Below are positions 25,295 to 50,509 of a stretch of DNA of 62,087 nt, in pieces. The notes under the pieces are model-generated. The model was given only the letters and a program-made list of their open reading frames with translations, was not told the origin of the DNA and did not search any database. The DNA lies in the NCBI RefSeq assembly GCF_006345805.1, contig NW_021831998.1, forward strand, positions 1 through 62,087, written 5' to 3'. This stretch comes from Octopus sinensis. Taxonomy: Eukaryota. Each line of letters begins with the position of its first letter. The stretch's first letter is position 1. The position numbers and the translations under genes are program-made.

Positions 25295-26688
25295 AATTTT
25301 TTTAAAAATGCGAAGAGAAACATTTTCCCAAGCAGCTTTCTCTACTGGGTTTAATTTTTCTTGAAAAAGTTCATCACAGATTAGTGTGCGAATTTCTGGT
25401 CCATTAAAAACACTAGCTTTGATCTTAGCTTCACTCTTACTAGAAACAAATTTTTCCCTGAGATATTTGAATCCTACACCGCCTTCATTTATGGCCTTAA
25501 CAAAATTCTTAAATAAGCCAACTTTAATGTGTAAAGGGGGAAGATAAATTTTCTGCGAGTCAACTAAAGAGATATATTTAACGTTGTATTTCCCTGGAGT
25601 GAAATCACTTCTCTTTGGCCACTCTTTTTGATCAAAGCGATGCTTGTCATCTCTGCTTGTCCAAAAGCACAAAAAACACTGATGCGTTGTATACTCCATT
25701 TGCAACCCAAGAAGCAAACCAATAACTTTCGAGTCCCCGCATATTTTCCACTTGTGTTCAGAATGCTTAATCAAGTGCAAAATTTTATCCCTTGATTCAT
25801 AAGTTTCCTTTAATCCTACAGTATGTGCTAGTGGTATTGAAAGTTTTTGATTGCTATTATGCAGCAAAGCAGCTTTTAAGCTTGCTTTTCTGGAATCTTT
25901 GAAGAGTTTCCATTCTTCAGGATTATGGCTGTACCCCACCTCACGCAGGAGTCCTTCAACATCAAAACAAAAACAAATACCGTCTTTCTCCGTAAAAAAT
26001 CCATGTAATTCTGTATGCAGTTTTCGAAAATACGAGCATTATACATCATCGTGTTAAAGATCCCATTGTTTCAACCTGGAGCTAAGTAGTTCTGACTTTT
26101 CTTTTGTTAAACCCAAGTCTTTAACTAAATCATTTAACTCAAGTTGACTTAATAAATAAGGAACATTTTTGAAGATCCTGGTTCATCACAGGGATGTGCT
26201 GCATCACTAGGCACGACTTCAATTGAAGTAGATGCAGTGCTTTCTTCACTTAAACTATCTTTGTCAAAAGATGAAAGAGGTTCTGGAATTTAAATATTTT
26301 CAGCACTATGAGCAACTGATATTAAAGCTGAAGGGCAATCTGGATAAATAATCTTGGATTTGTTCTTCTTTGAGAAACCTGTGATGTTAGTTAAGCAGAA
26401 ATAACAATCGGTATAGTGGTTTGTTGGTTCGCGCCATATCATTGGTAATGCAAATGGCATACTTTTCCATTTACCATTCAGCCATTGGGTTAGTGCTATA
26501 GAGCAGATTTTGTAACAAACATGAGGCCCCCACAGTTTACCTTGATACCCAACTTTGCACCCAAAGCAAAACTTGTAAGCATTTAAAAATTTCTTTGTAA
26601 GCATATTTCTCTGATCTTTTGGTGCAAATTTTCCACACACTTAACAAAAGCTGTTCGGGTGATTAACACAAATGTTTCTGCTCATCAT
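25295..26688 (-). pseudogene. Chapaev3 transposase, N-terminal and central part
   Basis: C*VCGKF..GCKVGYQGKLWGPHVC..MPFALPMIWREPTNHYTDCYFC..; ICGDSKVIGLLLGLQ..CFLCFW..LPPLHIKVGLFKNFVKA; stops and frameshifts. Confidence 0.88.
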
Positions 26689-28009
26689 AAGTACATACAG
26701 TAATAACCTAAATCAACACTCAAAGAAGCCTATCAGTTAACTAAAATATAAAATATAAAATGTAAATCATCAAAATATATTTCTCAAAAAAAAAAAAAAA
26801 AAAATTAAAATTATAGAATGTACTGAAAGTATGGCTATCATGAAACAGTTTTTTCCATCTCTAAATTTCAAACATTGATCACTTTAATAAATAACAAAAC
26901 TACTTTTCATATAACCTGGCTCCCTATTTGATGTCCTTTGTTATGTCCTGCAGTTATCAAGAAAAGTGAGTGTGTGTGGTTTACTATAATAGCCTACCGT
27001 GAGGACAACTTTACTATAATTACAGCGATAACGAAGTAAAATGAATTCTCATCTTTTGTAGCAATTTAACAGGTATCCTACATTTTCTTCTGATAGCACT
27101 TAACTTTGTTTCACTGATAAGTTTATGAATGAAAATCGAAAGCAAATAGCCTACTACTTTGTCAATATTATCAATTGGTTGGAAAATCTGATGCTTTGAA
27201 TAAGTAAAAATTCTACACGTGCTGTCTGAAAACTGATGTCACATTGGGATTCAGCACCTTCAAGTTACTCTAAATCAGCTCAAAATGTTTAAATAGTATG
27301 ACAATTTTTCTTTCTTTTTAGCCCAGTGTAATTAAACTCAAGTAAACACTGGACAGAAAATGAACACGTATCCTTTTCCTTTTTTTTTTTCAATTATTTT
27401 TTTAATAATTATTATTTTAAAAAATTAACAAAGACTTCGCAAAGATATATTTACTCAAGCATCTATATGACATTTAGTGAAGCATCTATACAAGGTATCA
27501 AATTTGGGGGAAGGGTTTAAGCCGATTACATCGACCCGAGCGCGTAAGTGATACTTATTTAATCAATCCCGAGAGGATGAAATGCAAAGTCGACCGCGGC
27601 AGAATTTGAACTCAGAATATGAAGACAAATGAAATACCGCAAAGCATTTTACCCGGCGTGCTAACGATTCTGCTAGCACGCCACCCTTAGTTAAACATAT
27701 ACATATGAACGCAATGGAAACGTTTTCGGAAAACTTTTAATTACCTTCAGTTATCTCCCTTAGTGAATCTAACTTCCTCTGCAAGGGAAATAACTCCGGC
27801 TTCAATGTAAAGGGAGGTAATTCAGATTTTAACTACGTAACATTGATTTTAAATTTACACAGTTAAACTAACAAGGAAGTTTTTGTACAACTCGTGAAAC
27901 AAAAAGAAAAAAGGCATAAGTTACTTTTGTTCAATTCACAGGTTATTAACAATTTTCTGACTGATGCGCATGTTTTTTTTTTACGGATTCATACATACAG
28001 TCATACCAT

Positions 28010-29290
28010 ACGAGGCTAAACATCGATCCAAAATGCCTTTGAATGTCGCATCATTTCCCTTCGGCAACATTTTCTAGCTATCAAGTGTCGAAGTGCATCC
28101 CTTGACCAAGCTTGCATACGAGAGGCTGATAGCCTCATAAGACTTGGAAGGCAGCTCCTCGAGCAACGCTCTTTGTCTGATAACCTAGAATACATGCCCA
28201 AAGAAGTCGCACGACTCTACCGCAGCATATCATCAGATGAAAGGAAGAACCTATATGAACAGAAGACTTTGCATGGATATGTCAGTAGAAAGCTCCGTGA
28301 TGATAGTAACCTCGATCACCAAAGAAGTTTATCATGGATTTGTTGCCGGATTACTACCTCCCACTTTCAAGGGTATGCGTTTGCAAACCAGGAACAGGAA
28401 ATATCAACCAAGTACCTGATACATAAAGAGATAGAGATGCAAGAAAAACTGTAAGTTGTGACAAGCGATGCAGACTTTGTGGAGTTCATACTGAAGATGC
28501 CACGCATATCATAAGCAATTGTCCGAAAATGTCATCACGATATTATCTATCGATGAGACATGGTGTTGTAGCTAGAATACTCTACAATGAAATCCGTCGG
28601 AAGGATAATCCCGAGGACAAAGAAATAAGAACCGCAAGCCATGGTAGAAGCCATAGCCACTAACAATAAAAATGTAAAGGAATACTGGTGAAATGTATCA
28701 GGGAAGACCTCAATAAAATGTAAGCACACCAGACCTGATATAAAGGCTTGGGATAGAGAAGAGAGACTGCACAAGTGAGGAAGTTAGCTGCCCAGCAGAT
28801 GTTAACATAAAGCTAAAGATAGTGAAAAAGAGAATACCTACGTTGAACTATTGAGAAATCTGCGTTGAACTATTGAGAACTATTGACAATCCAGATTACA
28901 AGTTCAAGTTTATATCTGTAATTACTGGGAAACCGGTATATGTATTACACTGCCTAAATACCATTCTTGAGATATTTAGGCTTCTCAAAACCAGAAAAGA
29001 GAAAGCTAGTTCGAAGGCTACAGATCCAATCCATCACTGGAACTGTAAAAATTTGTAAAACTTTCCAGAAGTTTATCATTTAAATATATATGAGCATATC
29101 CAGACGTGCAACTATATGCATGAGATTACATACATAAAACATACAAATCTGCACATCCATACATGCATACATACATACATACATACATACATACATACAT
29201 ACATACATACATACATACATACATACATACAAAAATACCCTGTTGATGATGTTGAAATTTCAATGAAGGAGTCTTGGATCGAGGTTAGAA
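28010..29290 (+). mobile_element. R4/Dong-type (RLE-endonuclease) LINE, 3' part
   Basis: NQEQEISTKY..RCRLCGVHTEDATHIISNCPKMSSRYY..RH..RPDI motifs across frameshifts; 3'UTR with (TACA)n. Confidence 0.85.
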
Positions 29291-31040
29291 AGAGTGAAGT
29301 GCGTGCGAATGGGACCGCCCCCCTCCCCCCATTACCACCCTAATCAACTCCGCTGCGCAAGTTTTGTTCTCACACCACTTATCTCAACTTCTCCCCAATT
29401 AAGTCCTTCGGCAACGAGCAACAGATGACGGGAGCAAGAACTGTATGATGTTATAAGCCCTTAGTCTGGATCCTGCACATGGGTGACGCAGGCAATACGG
29501 CCGACTCGATGTTACCCTGGGACTGCACATCGATTCGTGTTCTACCTGCTTGACCAGGTGGACCTTTTAAGGACTAGCACCGCCTGCCTCAGCTGAAGAG
29601 AGGCCTATGAAATGTGGTCTAAAAGACGCCAATCCTTTTTCGCCTGGCCAGGAAATCGCACCTGGTAGGCCATTCCACACTGTACTCGATGATTAAAAGG
29701 AAAATCCTCTCATTTTTGCTACCTGCAACATACGAACCTTGATACACCATGATGACCACGTTGGGGCCACGCTCATCGCCTCTGAACTCAAACGATACAA
29801 TGTGGATATCACTGCACTCAGCGAAACAAGATTTCCTGATGAATGCTTTCTCACTGGGATACATATACTTCTGGAAAGGCCTTCCTCAATGCAATAATAG
29901 AATTCATGGTGTTGGATTTACTGTCCGTTCGTCATTACTGGAGAACATCTCTTCGATTGCAACCGATATAAGTGAAAGGCTGATGACTTTCCGAATTCTC
30001 CTCAGTAACAAAGTGCACGCCACTATCTTCAGTGTCTATTCCCCAATATTAGAGACTATTAAAGACACGAAAGATACCTTCTACGAGTCTCTTAACTCGG
30101 TTAAGAGAAGGTTACGTCGCACAGACAAAGGTATTCTTGGAGATTTCAGTGATAGAGTCGGTTTCAATGTAAACATCTGGCCCAGAGATCTCGGTTCTCA
30201 TGGGATGGGCAAAATGAATACCAATGGTCTTCACCTTTTGCGCCTGTGTGCCGAGCACAATCTCGTGATTACGAAGACCATTTTTCAGCAGCCCAATAAA
30301 TACAAGTTCTACTGGAGACATCTTCGTTCCAAGATGTGGCATCTCCTCGATTACGTGAGCGTTCGTGAACATGATCAGAAAGTTGTCCTCCATATCAAAT
30401 ATATGCGTGATGCAGAATGTTGGACCGATCACCGCATGTATGTGTCCTCAGATCCGCCCTCCTGCCACGAAAAGCAAAGTGTTTCCCATACTCAATGTGG
30501 CCTGTTTTTCCAGTACAACGAAACAAGATAAGCTTCAAGAAAACCTCGCTACTGCCTTCCCACTTCTTCCAGCTCTTTCAGTTCCAAAAGAGCTCCATCG
30601 CAATATGGAAAAAACATTGAGAATTATATTGAACAAATCGAGGTCGAACAGAATGAATTCAATTCACTCTGGGACTCTGCCATGTCCATCATTTGACAAA
30701 CTACTGAATCCACTCTTGGAAAAACCCACATGAAGAACCTTGATTTGTTTAATGAATCTGCAGACATCATCCAAACTCTTTTGTAGACGAAGAACCATGC
30801 TCATAACGCCCACCTCACAAATTCTTGTACCTTAGCCTCAAAGTGGTTTCTGAAGCACAAAATGTCTGGTGGCTCCGCAACTCCGAAAAGATCCAATGTT
30901 TGGCTGACGAAAATAAATCTTGCGAATTCTACAACTCGATTAAACATATCTTCGGTCCTTCGCACTGCCCGATTGCACCTGCCCGTGCCGCTGACGGCAA
31001 TACTTTAATTAAAGAAAAAGAAAAGATCTTTGCGCAATAG
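29290..31040 (+). mobile_element. RTE-clade LINE fragment (APE endonuclease region)
   Basis: GYIYFWKG..GVGF..ISERLM..VYSP..ILGDF..GLHLLRLCAEHNLVIT..WRHLRSKMWHLLDY..DAECWTDHR. Confidence 0.9.
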
Positions 31041-32020
31041 ACTTCTGCTTACAAATTCAGAAACCAACAACAAATATTGAACGTGAAACTTTACAGAAGC
31101 TCAGCTGTTCATTTAAATAACGGTGCGTATGATTCTGGTTTTCAGGCTGGACACACGCGCTTATTCTCCTCGCTTCATTCCAAGAATTTCCAAGAAACAT
31201 GCGAGAACGGTATTACGAGGCAATGGCTTTAGTAAGTTAACATGGCTCGTCTGATATTTTCATTTTATAACATTTAATTCAAATTGACCAGAAATTAAGG
31301 ATAACTTATTTCATGATCTGGGAGCAAGGTATTTCAAACTGAAACTAAAATAACTTTTGAATGATGTTAAAACGAGACACGTTTTCGATGGAGTTGCTTA
31401 CTCATTTGCCCATCCATGAGTATCAGAAGAAACGATCACCATGTGGCCATATCTTGATAATATTACATGCAGATGACCCGTTGAGAATAGATCAGATTGT
31501 TTGCGATGAAGGAAGATGGACAGTGAAGTTGTACAGGATGAAGTAAAACGGCATTTTCATGGGAGACATGTGAGTGCACCTGGAGTGATGTCGCGCTTGC
31601 ACGAAAACAGAATACATAACAAATCCCATGCTATTATACTGGCTGCCAGTGCATTTTCAACAAGAATCCGTCTTTTTCAGAGAAGGTAATGAGAACGAAG
31701 CGTTAGAGAGAGACAGAGCTGCCCGTCGTAACACACCGCTGCCATCATGGTTTGTCCTTAGTAAATGATACAGAAATACAAGACGCCGGTTGCATATTGA
31801 TATTCCTTATCATTATGTGTGTGACAAAGGGATGACTGTTTGGAAACTACACGAGAGATGAGTAGAGAGAATTATTTCAAGACTTTAGTTTCCAAGTCCA
31901 AAGCAAGAAGAAATATTTTATCTGAGATTGTTATTGTCATATTTTGAAGAAGCTCGCACTTTTTGATGATCTTAAAACAGCTGATGGTGTACGATATAAG
32001 TTATGATGAAATAGCTGTCA
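31040..32020 (+). pseudogene. Degenerate Helitron RepHel coding region (Rep motifs and linker)
   Basis: PRNMRERYYEAMALV (upstream of Rep motif 1), HEYQKKRSPCGHILIIL (cf. EFQKRGLPHAHIL, motif 2), HNKSHAII.LPVH, QESVFFREGNENEALER, EEIFYLRLLL; motif 2 repeated at ~34020-34090. Confidence 0.8.
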
Positions 32021-32578
32021 TTGTTTTAAAAAAACACAAGTGGAAATATACTTTATAAATGAGTGCGACCCATTTTTTCAACTCACAGCGGGAAATGTTA
32101 CATTTAAGAATTATTGGAATTAAAAAAAAAAAATTTTAACTCCAAAGTCTTTAGATACGAAATTTATCAATGGTTGCTTTAATTGTTTTGACAAAATTTT
32201 TGGTATTTTTCGCTTGTGTGTAGTACGTACGTGTAAGCAAACACACATACATTCACATGCACGCACGCACATAGACACACAACCATACATATGTATATAT
32301 ATATATATATATAGCAACGAATTGCCTCACCACACACCGAATTTAGAAATAGCAGTCAAAGAGTTATAGCTATTCTTTCTACTAAAAGGGAGATCTCAGT
32401 AAAAACACAGCACTTGAAAGGCAAACACAGACAGGTAAGAGAGAATGAAATAACGGCAATCTATCATACAATTTTAAGTCACCTACGGACGTACGTTTCG
32501 AAATTAAGTTTTAGGAAAGCATAAGAATTAGATAATTATATCTTACCCAACTTCTTTTCTGTGGATGAAAGTTTGTGT

Positions 32579-32669
32579 CCTACGCTGATGAGAAAAGAAG
32601 TTGGGTAAGATATAATTATCTAATTCTTATGCTTTCCTAAAACGTAATTTCGAAACGTACGTCCGTAGG
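32579..32669 (+). ncRNA. Type I hammerhead ribozyme, copy 1
   Basis: CCTACG-CTGATGA-GAAA..(~60-nt stem II region)..TTTC-GAAA-CGTACG-TC-CGTAGG; predicted cut after C32663. Confidence 0.82.
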
Positions 32670-33160
32670 TGACTTAAAATTGTATGATAGATTGCCGTCA
32701 TTTCATTCTCTCTTACCTGTCTGTGTTTGCCTTTCAAGTGCTGTGTTTTTACTGAGATCTCCCTTTTAGTAGAAAGAATAGCTATAACTCTTTGACTGCT
32801 ATTTCTAAATTCGGTGTGTGGTGAGGCAATTTGTTGCTAAACCCTTAATTGCTTAGTATTACTTAAACTTTCCTCGAATGAGGCTTTTACATGCCGAAAT
32901 CTACTTGGTTTAATTAATAATTATTCCAAATTAATTAATTTCACCCTATATTGTTACTGATAACCATATTTCATCTCAGTAATGACCACAGCATCTTGTC
33001 TTGGCTACACGCGGGTGGGAAGGGGCTGGTGACACAAACTTTCATTCACACTTTGAATTTGGTGGTACTGGTAACGGCTTTAGCTCGCTCTGATACTGAG
33101 TTGAGATGATGCCTTCTAGTTTCTCGAAATTTAATATACAATTATTCATAATTGTAGTGT

Positions 33161-33251
33161 CCTACGCTGATGAGAAAAGAAGTTGGGTAAGATATAATTA
33201 TCTAATTCTTATGCTTTCCTAAAACTTAATTTCGAAACGTACGTCCGTAGG
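33161..33251 (+). ncRNA. Type I hammerhead ribozyme, copy 2
   Basis: Same architecture; predicted cut after C33245. Confidence 0.82.
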
Positions 33252-33538
33252 TGACTTAAAATTATATGATAGATTGCCGTCATTTCATTCTCTCTTACCT
33301 GTCTGTGTTTGCCTTTCAAGTGCTGTGTTTTTACTGAGATCTCCCTTTTAGTAGAAAGAATAGCTATAACTCTTTGACTGCTATTTCTAAATTCGGTGTG
33401 TGGTGAGGCAATTCGTTGCTAAACCCTTAATTGCTTAGTATTACTTAAACTTTCCTCGAATGAGGCTTTTACATGCCGAAATCTACTTGGTGTAATTAAT
33501 AATTATTCTAAATTAATTAATTTCACCCTATATTGTTA

Positions 33539-33604
<66 letters not shown>

Positions 33605-33972
33605 GTATGTATGTATGTATCATCTGGTGATCTTATGCCATCTCAAGCGTTAAGTCAATACCTTTTCATCCGGAATATCTTTATAAGGTGTATTGAATAG
33701 ATACAAACACTTCACTTGAGGAATAAAATGCCAGCTAATAGCGATAAATCGATACGAAGTTCATATAATGATTATCCTTCATCAAGAAGATAGATTTGAA
33801 GTAGTAACATCTCGTTCTTGACAGCCATTTCTACCTAGAAAACAGACGGGATGTTGAGGAGGAATAGTTTTTTCAAATTATTTGTATGTAAGCGTCTCAT
33901 TTTATCTTTAATATATCATGTTTTTGATTATATAATATTTTAGCCATCACAACTGAGACTCCACTTATATAA

Positions 33973-34003
<31 letters not shown>

Positions 34004-34266
34004 TGTATGTATGATTTTAGAGTTGTTGCTCATTTATTCACCACTGAGTATCACAAGGAACGATTGTCATGTGGCCATATCTTAATAATGTTACATGCAG
34101 ACGACCCGTTGACACAACAAGATCTCTCAATGCAGAGCAACGTTTGCATAACCAAATACCTGCCAACATGGACGACTACGTTTCGTGGAAACAATTGTAG
34201 GGTTTACAAATAAATGTTCTTCTATACTCCTTCCTCTTGACTCCGACTTATTCAATTATACATCTA

Positions 34267-35493
34267 CACAGACATGAGAGAAGTAAATAGACGTCCCATA
34301 TAAAATATTGCTCTATGTTTATCCTAACTAGGAAATGTTTATATTTTTTATTAATTGACATTTTTGTGTCATGTTTTATACGAGACCGTTTAATCATGTC
34401 ATGTACAAAAAATGCCTTGGAACTGTCTGAATTTCAAAGAGGCCTATTGAGGGTCATTCCGAAGGTAGACATAGCGTAAAATCACAGAAGAACTTGGGCT
34501 CCCGCTTTCTACGGTTGATATAGTGAATATGCAATTCACCAGATAGAGGAAGGAATCCACTTCACTTCGCGAAGATTAACCAGAGCCTTCTGACAAGACC
34601 CTTCTCTTTGCTAAGAGAATTGTGGGGGATAATTCTCGTTGCTAGGCCTCTACCATAGCAGAATAAGTTATGTTAGTCCCAGAACAGCTATCAGGTATCT
34701 CCACAAACTTGGTTACTATGGCAGAGCAACAAGAAGGAAACCACTTCTTCGAGCAGCCAACACCAAGCGGATAAAAGATTGGGCCAGTGAGATGGTAGAG
34801 AGGCCACTAGAATTTTGGGACACTGCAATAGTCTCTGATGAGTCTAGATTGCTGTATTTCCTGACAGTGGTCGAGTGTCGGTCTGGAGACTCTGTGATCA
34901 AAACTTTAATGTGAAAAGATTCCGGCCAAGAAACACGGCAGCTATTCTGTGATGATCTGGGGAGCAATTTGGAGCAATGATTGATCAGAGTTGGTGGAGT
35001 GTGAGAGAAAGATAAACTCAGAAAAATTTATGTTCACATTGCAGAAAGGACACCTTCCAATCTTCTTCAGTTGTGAAATGATCAAAGAAGACTATTTATG
35101 AAAGATAGGGCTCCTTGTCACACAGCTAAAATGAGATGAGAATGGCATTAAAAAGCTTCCATGACCAAGCCAGTCACCAGATATGAACTCTAATGAACAT
35201 TTCTGGGACATAATGGACAAGACACTTCATAAAAATAACAAGAAAGCATCATCAAAGCCAGAACTTTTGAGATTACTGCATGAAACTTGGCAAGAAATTT
35301 TGCAAGAGAATATTCGTCATCTAATCAGTAAGATGCCTAATAGGGGCTTTGCATTGAAAAATGCATAGGGCATGTCTACTAAGTAGTAGATATTCACATT
35401 ATGAAAATTATTAAATAATTTGTATGTATTATTTCAGATTTGAATAAATTTCAATGATTGTAAAGGTGTCTATTTACTTCTGTTATGTCTGTG
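34267..35493 (+). mobile_element. Tc1-family transposon, transposase pseudogene
   Basis: TA|CACAGACATGAGAGAAGTAAATAGAC ... GTCTATTTACTTCTGTTATGTCTGTG|TA TIRs; RRKPLL, IVSDESR and QSPDMNSNEHFW motifs. Confidence 0.92.
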
Positions 35494-35669
35494 TATGTAT
35501 GTAAGTATGTATATATGTATCTATGTATATACATATATATGTGTAAAAAAAACAAAGTTAGTGGTTGAAAATAAACAACATAAATGGTCACACAACTTCA
35601 AATCATCCCCATAAATTCATACCGTAGAATGATGGATCCTCAGAACGGGAAACTTCTCTGATGAAGATT

Positions 35670-35755
35670 TTTTTCCTGATGAAGGGGCCGCTGCCGGTTT
35701 GGTGTTTTAATGTGTAATGGATCGTGGCAGTGGCTCTTGAAACGGCCGTAGACGT
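35670..35755 (+). ncRNA. Hammerhead ribozyme motif in a Penelope-like remnant (~35545-35930)
   Basis: CTGATGA-AGGGGCCGCTGCC..GGCAGTGGCTCTT-GAAA-CGGCCG-TA; 13-bp stem II, palindromic stem III, weak stem I. Confidence 0.6.
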
Positions 35756-35969
35756 GGATTTATTCTTACATTATTTTGGATTCCTTTTTCTTTGGGACTT
35801 GACGCCGGATGTATCCCGGATTCACTTAAAATTTAACAGTCTACCTAGTATATTATTTTCAATCGCCTCGCTATATACATTTATATTTTCTTCATATGTT
35901 TTTCTTCATACACTTTTTACAGTTTTTCACACGTTTTTTTTTTATATGTACATATACATGTACATTCTT

Positions 35970-36490
35970 ATAACTTCGGGCTTGGTGTCACAAGAAGTTT
36001 TGTTCGTCTCTCGCTCAACTGCACCTCACACTTAATAATCAAGGGGTTGCAGTCTGGAGAGTAAGGTGGCCAGACGTTAGCGATGATGTGGTTGCAGAAA
36101 TTGTCTGACAGTAATAGGGGTCTCTCGGCAGCCAACCTCTTGACCCAGGACAGCACTACCTCCTCCAGGCCTTCGTGTTGAATCAGAGGCCGTGTGAGAA
36201 GATGACTGGAGGTATAACTTCGCAATCACTAATGATCACTCCAAAAACCATGATGTTCACAGTATGTTTGATTTTTATCTCTCTTGGTACATGTCCTCAG
36301 ATTGCACTGTCCTCAGATTGACACCCAAACATTCTTAAATGTTCGTATTGGAACTTCCGGTGCGAATGCCAAGCAGTACGGTATGTCATTTCCAAATTTC
36401 TGGCAGCGTGAATCGCGTCATTGTGTTGTTTTTCTTACAGACGGTGCCCAACTGTCTCTACTATACTGTGTAGTCGACAAAATACAAAAA
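35970..36490 (-). mobile_element. Deleted Tc1/mariner (maT/DD37D-like) remnant
   Basis: LEEVVLSWVKR..WPPYSPDCNPL on the minus strand. Confidence 0.7.
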
Positions 36491-36676
36491 CAAAGAATGC
36501 AGCTACGCGAAATTTAAAATATAAAATGGCAACAATTTACATATTGCACCCTCTCCCTCTCCCTCTCTATCCCTCTTTCTCTCTCCCGTTCTTTCTCTCT
36601 CTCTCGCTGTCTCTCTCTGTTCTCTCTCTCTCTATATATATATGTGTGTATACACACGCACACACACACGCACGCA

Positions 36677-36707
<31 letters not shown>

Positions 36708-36708
36708 T

Positions 36709-36768
<60 letters not shown>

Positions 36769-38055
36769 GCATGAATATATCCTTGGGTGTATTTCATTTG
36801 AGAGGTTTTTATTCATATTTTATTCTCTCGGATATAGATGAATATATGCTGTCTACTATTTTATTAGATCAGTTAATGTCTAGAGAATGTGTTGTGATAC
36901 ATTGCTTCGTTGTGATTCTTTACAGTATGGGTTGTGTAAAATGTAAATATTTTATTGTCTGGTGATTATACAAGGAATGTTTTGTATGCAGAGAATAGGA
37001 TTATTTGAGATGTACGATTAAATTGAAAGACAAAAAGATCTTGATATTATTGTTCTATTCTTTTCCTTGATATCTTTATCTGTCATTCCCAAGTTGATTG
37101 TGGTCAGGTCGCTGTAAAGTCTCATGTTTCATGCATACTATTATTACTTCTTATCCATTCTTGTCTTCAAATGATGGTACATGTTCCAGTGAAGATAGAT
37201 TCCTTTCCAGGAAAAAAATTGCTCTTGGCAAGGAATGAATCACAAGAAACTATGTTGTCAACTATCTCATTATATTTTTACTTGTATAGTCTACGTTCCG
37301 CATACAGAAGGAAGTCTTACGAAATATTCCATCGTATTATTTTAAACCAATGCCTATTCAGTGAGTCATTTTCACACAAAAATTATTTTCTATGATCTGG
37401 TTAAATACATATTGGGGTATATTTTCTAACGAATATCTGATAAGACTAAAACATGTCCGGAGTTATCCCCAGACTTACTAAAATTTAGTAATCAATTTCA
37501 ATTTCGGAATTCTCTCCCTTCCATCTCTTGACAATGGTTATTATTCATTCAGGTGGGGTTTTTCTCTTCAATACCTGCGTAATTTCGATCAATTAAAAAA
37601 CTTTTTGGTTCACTACTCTTTGCCCTGCTCCTTATATACGTAATACTTTCACAATCTTTTCTGAAGTGTCCAGAATTTTCTCTTCCAAGAAATACTGATG
37701 CTTCTTGTCTTAATTGAAATAGCATTTCCTTTTCTTTCTTCGTCTTCTCCTTTTTCCATTTCTGTTCCTCTCTCTTTATCTCACTCTCACTCCTCCTCTC
37801 CATCTCCTTTTGTTTATCTTTCTATCCCTCTCCAATTTATCGCTCTCCCTCATTATTTCAATGGATAATTTTATGGTGATGTAGTGGTGGTCATCGTCGT
37901 ATTTGATATCGAATTATGCTTGTAGCACTTCTCTTTCCTATTCATTTCATCTTTATTCTTTGTAAATGAATGTTAAACGTGAATATGAAATATGAAATAT
38001 TTTACAAAATAAATTTTCGTTGCAGTTCTCTTCTACATCTCATTGACACTTGGAA

Positions 38056-50395
<12,340 letters not shown>

Positions 50396-50503
50396 TGGAA
50401 TTCACCCCAAAATTATTTACTTCTCAATGAAATGTGAGCAAGACTTCAACGGATCACATTTGCTAATAATAATTATATCAGATAAAATGTGTGTTTCTTT
50501 ATC

Positions 50504-50509
50504 AATAAA
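50504..50509 (+). terminator. Candidate polyadenylation signal AATAAA
   Basis: ~110 nt after the stop, followed by a T-rich stretch. Confidence 0.55.

Larger units (their letters stand above)
19826..27328 (-). mobile_element. Chapaev3 (CMC superfamily) DNA transposon with both ends; transposase split by nested insertions
   Basis: Termini CACTAGGC.. / ..GCCCAGTG with TAA duplicated at 19823-19825 and 27329-27331; related subterminal segments (GCTGATTCC..AGCACGT). Confidence 0.85.
32313..33544 (+). mobile_element. Young non-coding Penelope/retrozyme-like element: inverted partial repeat + two 388-bp direct repeats, each with a hammerhead
   Basis: DR1 32575-32962 and DR2 33157-33544 (5 mismatches seen); inverted partial copy 32313-32560; inserted in (TA)n. 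Confidence 0.88.
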
